From positions 1,334,853 to 1,398,852 of the forward strand of contig OZ241350.1 in assembly GCA_965200095.1 (NCBI GenBank): a stretch of 64,000 bases of DNA, written 5' to 3'. Positions 59,817-64,000 of this stretch are shown here, piece by piece. Each line of letters starts with the position of its first letter. Position 1 is the first letter of the stretch. The position numbers and the translations under genes are program-made. The stretch comes from Alphaproteobacteria bacterium. Lineage in GTDB: Bacteria > Pseudomonadota > Alphaproteobacteria > UBA7887. The notes beneath the pieces were generated by a model. The model saw nothing but the letters and a program-made list of their open reading frames with translations, was not told the origin of the DNA and searched no databases.

Positions 59817-61094
59817 TCAGTCGGCGAGAGCGGCGAAGTATCGGTCCACCGCGTCGACGATGGCGCGCAACGCCGGCTCCCGACCCTCGCGCGTGCCCAG
59901 AAGCCTCTCGTCCTCGCGGTTCGACAGGAAGCCGAGTTCGATCAACAGCGACGGGACATCGGGCGCCTTGAGCACCGCGAAGCCGGCCCAGCGATGCGGC
60001 CGGTTTATCGTGCGCACCCGGCGCCGGGCGAACGCCTCGACGACCAGGTCGGCGAGGCGGATGGAATCTTCGTTCGTCTGCCGCTGGCTCCAGTCGATGA
60101 GGATCTGGGTGGTCACGTCGTCCACTTCCGCCATATCGACGCCGCCGATGACGTCGGACCGGTTCTCCTTGGCGGCGAGCGCCACCGCCTCGTCGTCGGA
60201 CGCCTCCTCGGACAGCCTGTAGACGTGACTGCCGCGAAGCCGGGAGTCGTCGATGGAATCGGCGTGGATGGAGAGGAGGAGATCGGCCTCGGCCGTCCGC
60301 GCGATCGCCAGCCGGTCGCGCAGGCCGACGAAGACATCGCTGTCGCGGGTCATGACCACCCGGTAGCGCCCGGTTTCCTCGAGCCGTTCGGCGAGCTGGC
60401 GCGCCGCGTCGAGGGCGAGGTCCTTCTCGAGCGTGCCGACGACGCCGATGGCGCCGGGATCGATGCCGCCGTGGCCCGCGTCGACGACGACGGTCTTCCG
60501 CTCGTCCCGCGGCGGCGACGGCGCGGGAGCCGCGGGCCGGAGCGGCGCGGCCGCCGCGACCTCGCGCTGACTGGCGCGCGCCCATTCGGAAAATGTTTCG
60601 GCGTCGCATCCCTCGATGTCCAGGACGAAACGGGTCGCCCTGCCCCCCCCCGGCGGGATGAGGAAACTGCGTTTGACGCAGGCCGGAGCAGCGAGGTCCA
60701 CGACCATGCGTGTCGTGTCGGGGCGGAACCGTCCGTGCCGGATACCGGTGACGAGGCCGACGGCGCCGCTGGTCTGCGACGCGGCGGCGAAATCGAGTTC
60801 CGGAAAGTCGATGACCAGGCGCTCGGGCGCCTCGAGGGCGAACACCCCGTAGACGACGGTTTCGGCGAGCTCGACGACGATTCTCGTGTGGTCCGCGTGG
60901 ATCCCGAGACGCAAATCGAAGACCGGGATGGCGTCGGCGCGGACGAACGCCGGAATTACGGCGCACGCGGCGGCGACAAGCGCCGCAGCCCGCGGGAAGG
61001 CGACGGCAAACCGCCGACGGCGGGCGCGGCCGCCTCCGTTTTCCCCGATCCGGGTCACCCTTCTCCAGCGCCCCTTTCTTGCGTAGAATACCAT
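59817..61094 (-). CDS. amiC: N-acetylmuramoyl-L-alanine amidase (AMIN domain + Amidase_3, AmiC-like)
   Basis: Signal/TM, AMIN 'TRIVVELAE...FALEAPERLVIDFPE', catalytic 'VVVDAGHGGIDPGA', 'ADLLLSIHADS'. The start at 61094 is uncertain (a later GTG is possible). Confidence 0.8.
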   Translation of the reverse strand: MVFYARKGRWRRVTRIGENGGGRARRRRFAVAFPRAAALVAAACAVIPAFVRADAIPVFDLRLGIHADHTRIVVELAETVVYGVFALEAPERLVIDFPELDFAAASQTSGAVGLVTGIRHGRFRPDTTRMVVDLAAPACVKRSFLIPPGGGRATRFVLDIEGCDAETFSEWARASQREVAAAAPLRPAAPAPSPPRDERKTVVVDAGHGGIDPGAIGVVGTLEKDLALDAARQLAERLEETGRYRVVMTRDSDVFVGLRDRLAIARTAEADLLLSIHADSIDDSRLRGSHVYRLSEEASDDEAVALAAKENRSDVIGGVDMAEVDDVTTQILIDWSQRQTNEDSIRLADLVVEAFARRRVRTINRPHRWAGFAVLKAPDVPSLLIELGFLSNREDERLLGTREGREPALRAIVDAVDRYFAALAD

Positions 61095-61422
61095 ATATAG
61101 GGATGGTAGCGATGGATCGATACCCAATCCGGTGCTATGGCGCGCCCGTTGCCTTCGGTGGCGGGAGCGGGCTATATGGGACGGATGGATGTCCGGTTCG
61201 CGCCCGACGGCGCGCCGGCGGCGTCCGATGCCTCCCGCGGGCGGCGACACGCCGCCGTGGCGGGACGGCTGAGAATTCGCATTCGTGTTCCGCGGCCCCG
61301 GCGCGGGTTGCCGGCGACCTTCGCCGGCGCGCGGCCGTGGCGCCCGACCCGAACGATGCGCGCCTTGCGCGCCCGGCGCCGCTGCGCGACTGCGCGCGGC
61401 GCGACATGGAGACACCCCTGAG
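61095..61422 (+). promoter_or_regulatory. Long (~330 nt) GC-rich intergenic leader upstream of rne (probable autoregulatory 5' UTR)
   Basis: RNase E genes in proteobacteria have long structured 5' UTRs used for autoregulation. An AT-rich 'ccatatatag' lies at its 5' edge. Confidence 0.4.
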
Positions 61423-63840
61423 ATGGCAAAACGTATGCTTATCGATGCGGCCCACGCAGAGGAAACGCGGGTCGTCGTCGTCGACGGCGCCAGGCTCGAA
61501 CAGTTCGATTTCGAGTCCGCCAGCAAGACCCTTCTGAAGGGCAACATCTATCTGGCGAAGGTCGCGCGGGTCGAACCCTCGTTGCAGGCCGCCTTCGTCG
61601 ATTACGACGGCAACCGTCACGGTTTCCTCGCCTTCAACGAGATCCACCCGGACTACTACCAGATCCCCGTTTCCGACCGGCAGGCGCTGCTCGAACAACA
61701 GGCGGCCGACGAGACCGGCGAGGCGCCCGCCGCGGAGGAGACGGCGGAGAACGGCGAGGGCGAGGCGGTCGAGGCGGCGGGCGGACGCGACGAGGACGAG
61801 GCGCCCCGCCGCCCGGCGCCCTCTCCGCGCTACCGCATCCAGGAAGTGATCAAGCGTCGCCAGATACTCCTCGTGCAGGTCGCCAAGGAGGAGCGCGGCA
61901 ACAAGGGCGCGGCGCTGACGACCTATATCTCCCTCGCGGGTCGCTACTGCGTGCTGATGCCGAACACCCTGCGGGGCGGCGGGATCAGCCGCAAGATTCA
62001 GTCCGCCGACGCGCGCAAGCGGCTGCGCTCGGTGGTCGAATCGCTCGACCTCCCCGACGGCATGGCGGTGATCCTGCGCACTGCGGGGCAGAGCCGCACC
62101 CGGGCGGAGATCAAGCGCGACTACGACTATTTGCTGCGGCTGTGGGAGCAGATCCGCGAATCGACGATGGCGTCGACCGCGCCGGCGCTCATCCACGAGG
62201 AAGCGAATCTGATCAGGCGGTCGATCCGCGACCTGTACAATTCGGAGATCGAGGAGGTTCTGGTCGAGGGAGATCCGGGCTACCGCGTCGCCAAGTCGTT
62301 CATGAAGATGCTGGTGCCGAGCCACGCCAAGCGCGTGCAACCCTACCGCGACTCCCTGCCGCTGTTTTCCCGCCATCGGGTCGAGGGCGAGCTCGATTCG
62401 ATGCACGAGGCGACGGTGCAGCTGCCTTCGGGCGGCTACATCGTCATTTGCCCGACCGAGGCGCTCGTAGCGATCGACGTGAACTCGGGCCGCGCGACGC
62501 GCGAACGCAGCATCGAGGAGACGGCGGCGAAGACCAACCTGGAGGCGGCCGCCGAGATCGCGCGCCAACTGCGCCTGCGCGACCTCGCCGGCCTCATCGT
62601 CGTCGACTTTATCGACATGGACGAGGCGCGGAACGCGCGCGCCGTGGAGCGACGCTTCAAGGAGGCGCTGCAATCGGACCGGGCGCGCATTCAGATGGGC
62701 CGGATCAGCGGCTTCGGCCTCCTCGAAATGTCGCGGCAAAGGCTGCGCCCGAGCGTGCAGGAAATCAGTTCCGTGGACTGCTCGCATTGCGCCGGCAGCG
62801 GGCGGGTCCGGTCCGTCGAATCGGCGGCGCTGCACGCTCTGCGCGCCATCGAGGAGGAGGGCGTGCGCGGGCGCGCCGCCGGCGTCAGGGCGACCGTTCC
62901 GCCCGCTGTCGCGCTCTGGCTGATGAACGGCAAGCGGGCGAGCCTCGGCGACATCGAGACGCGCTACGGGATGAAGGTGTCGTTCGAAACCGACGACGCG
63001 CCGGGGGCGCCCGAATGTCGCGTCGAGGTTCTCGATGCGCGCGCGGGCGAAACGGCGGCCCCGGCGGCGGCGCGCGAGGAGGAAGCGCCGAAGCGCCGCG
63101 CGCGGCGGCGGACGCGCGCCGCCGACAAGGCGGGGGACGCCGCCGAAGCGGCGGCGCCCGAAACCGCGCCGGAGGCCGAGGCCGTCGCCGCGGCGGTGAC
63201 CGATTCGACGGACTCCGAGGCCGGCGGCGAGCGTTCCCGCCGCCGCCGGCGCGGCCGCCGGGGCGGCCGCCGTCAGACGCGCGCGCGAGAGGCGGCGAAA
63301 GCGGCGCAGGAGGCGCCCGCGGCGGAGGCCGGCGACCCGCCGGCGGCGGCCGCCGCGCCCGGACCCGCCGAAGGCGCCGAGGCGCCCGCGCAGACGGAGG
63401 CGGTGGAGCCGTCGGTGGCGGGCGCCGCTTCGATCGTGCGCCCGAAACGCCGGCGTCGCGTGCGCAAGGCGAAGCCGAACGCCGGCGAGAACGCCGCCGC
63501 CGTCGCCGGGGAACCGGCCGCGGAAGGCGACGGGAGCGCCGCCGCTCCCGCTGCGGAGGCTGCGGACATCGTGGATATGGCGGATCCCGGAGGCTCCGCG
63601 CCGGCGGACGAGACGCCGCCGGCTGTCGAAGAGACGGCCGCTGGGGAGACGTCCGCGACCGGCCCGCAACGACCTGTCGAGCGCTCCGGCGGTGCGCAGA
63701 GTGCGGCGGCGGACGGTTCGCCCGAGGCCAACGGCGCCGGCGCTCCCGACTCCCCGTCCGACGACGGAAGCGCAATTCCCGACGCGCCGCCGCCGGCGCC
63801 GCGTCGCGGCTGGTGGACGCGCGTCGCCGACGCCTCGTGA
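61423..63840 (+). CDS. rne: Ribonuclease E
   Basis: 'MAKRMLIDAAHAEETRVVVVDG', S1 domain, 'IVVDFIDM', Zn-link 'CSHCAGSG', Arg/Ala/Glu-rich scaffold tail. 805 aa. Confidence 0.92.
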   Translation: MAKRMLIDAAHAEETRVVVVDGARLEQFDFESASKTLLKGNIYLAKVARVEPSLQAAFVDYDGNRHGFLAFNEIHPDYYQIPVSDRQALLEQQAADETGEAPAAEETAENGEGEAVEAAGGRDEDEAPRRPAPSPRYRIQEVIKRRQILLVQVAKEERGNKGAALTTYISLAGRYCVLMPNTLRGGGISRKIQSADARKRLRSVVESLDLPDGMAVILRTAGQSRTRAEIKRDYDYLLRLWEQIRESTMASTAPALIHEEANLIRRSIRDLYNSEIEEVLVEGDPGYRVAKSFMKMLVPSHAKRVQPYRDSLPLFSRHRVEGELDSMHEATVQLPSGGYIVICPTEALVAIDVNSGRATRERSIEETAAKTNLEAAAEIARQLRLRDLAGLIVVDFIDMDEARNARAVERRFKEALQSDRARIQMGRISGFGLLEMSRQRLRPSVQEISSVDCSHCAGSGRVRSVESAALHALRAIEEEGVRGRAAGVRATVPPAVALWLMNGKRASLGDIETRYGMKVSFETDDAPGAPECRVEVLDARAGETAAPAAAREEEAPKRRARRRTRAADKAGDAAEAAAPETAPEAEAVAAAVTDSTDSEAGGERSRRRRRGRRGGRRQTRAREAAKAAQEAPAAEAGDPPAAAAAPGPAEGAEAPAQTEAVEPSVAGAASIVRPKRRRRVRKAKPNAGENAAAVAGEPAAEGDGSAAAPAAEAADIVDMADPGGSAPADETPPAVEETAAGETSATGPQRPVERSGGAQSAAADGSPEANGAGAPDSPSDDGSAIPDAPPPAPRRGWWTRVADAS

Positions 63841-63878
63841 CGGCGTCGCGCCGGCGCGGCGGCGGTTGAGGGGCGGCG

Positions 63879-64000
63879 ATGCCCGTCGACGAGAACTGGC
63901 TGGCGCGCACGCGCGAGGCGGCGCTTGAGCCCGACTTGCCGATCGTCGACCCGCACCACCATTTGTGGGACCGGCCCGACTCGCGTTACCTGCTCGCCGA
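63879..64000 (+). CDS. Amidohydrolase-2-type metal-dependent hydrolase (N-terminal 40 aa only)
   Basis: 'LPIVDPHHHLWD' is the characteristic metal-binding start of amidohydrolase_2 TIM-barrel enzymes. The gene runs off the window. Confidence 0.5.
   Translation, partial: MPVDENWLARTREAALEPDLPIVDPHHHLWDRPDSRYLLA

Overview
This is a high-GC (about 68-70%) window with the gene order and families of an alphaproteobacterial chromosome: a conserved core with an embedded, heavily rearranged accessory region. The conserved part holds a MoxR-DUF58-DUF4381-VWA-VWA-TPR (BatA-E-like) operon extended by an S8 peptidase, aspS, gluQ, an aroQ-accB-accC operon, guaB, a cobalamin-biosynthesis block (cobO, cobQ, cobD, cbiX, cobH, cobL, cobI, cbiG-cobJ, cobM), an AmiC-like amidase and rne. 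The accessory region holds the most interesting system. It is a RiPP locus with two divergent NHLP-leader precursor peptides, each behind its own canonical sigma70 promoter and 5' UTR hairpin. The second precursor is followed by a rho-independent terminator and a fused E1-like/YcaO azoline-forming cyclodehydratase (PatD/TruD-like) that ends in a PxPxP-type motif. No dehydrogenase, C39 ABC exporter or dedicated protease is visible in the 64 kb. This locus has been split by a ~5.7 kb insertion zone. The zone carries three paralogous DUF1640-like tail-anchored coiled-coil genes with 1, 2 and 6 copies of a 33-nt (11-residue) repeat, two 100% identical IS481-like insertion sequences with 6-bp target duplications, and arrays of a palindromic REP-like unit. 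That REP unit also fills a MITE-like element with TGAGACCTCTGCATAA terminal inverted repeats; one complete copy (~26897..27617) has clean ends and a 5-bp target duplication, a second (~18495..19793) has degenerate ends, and degenerate copies sit elsewhere. Other notable features are a partial AAA-ATPase + DUF4276 pair at the window start (defence-like two-gene module), a 1358-aa autotransporter preceded by a 25-nt poly-C tract in its promoter region (candidate phase-variation switch), an indolepyruvate:ferredoxin oxidoreductase, a small extradiol dioxygenase/SRPBCC/diiron-protein cluster, and a cobD frame with no in-frame stop before it runs antisense through the 3' end of cobQ.
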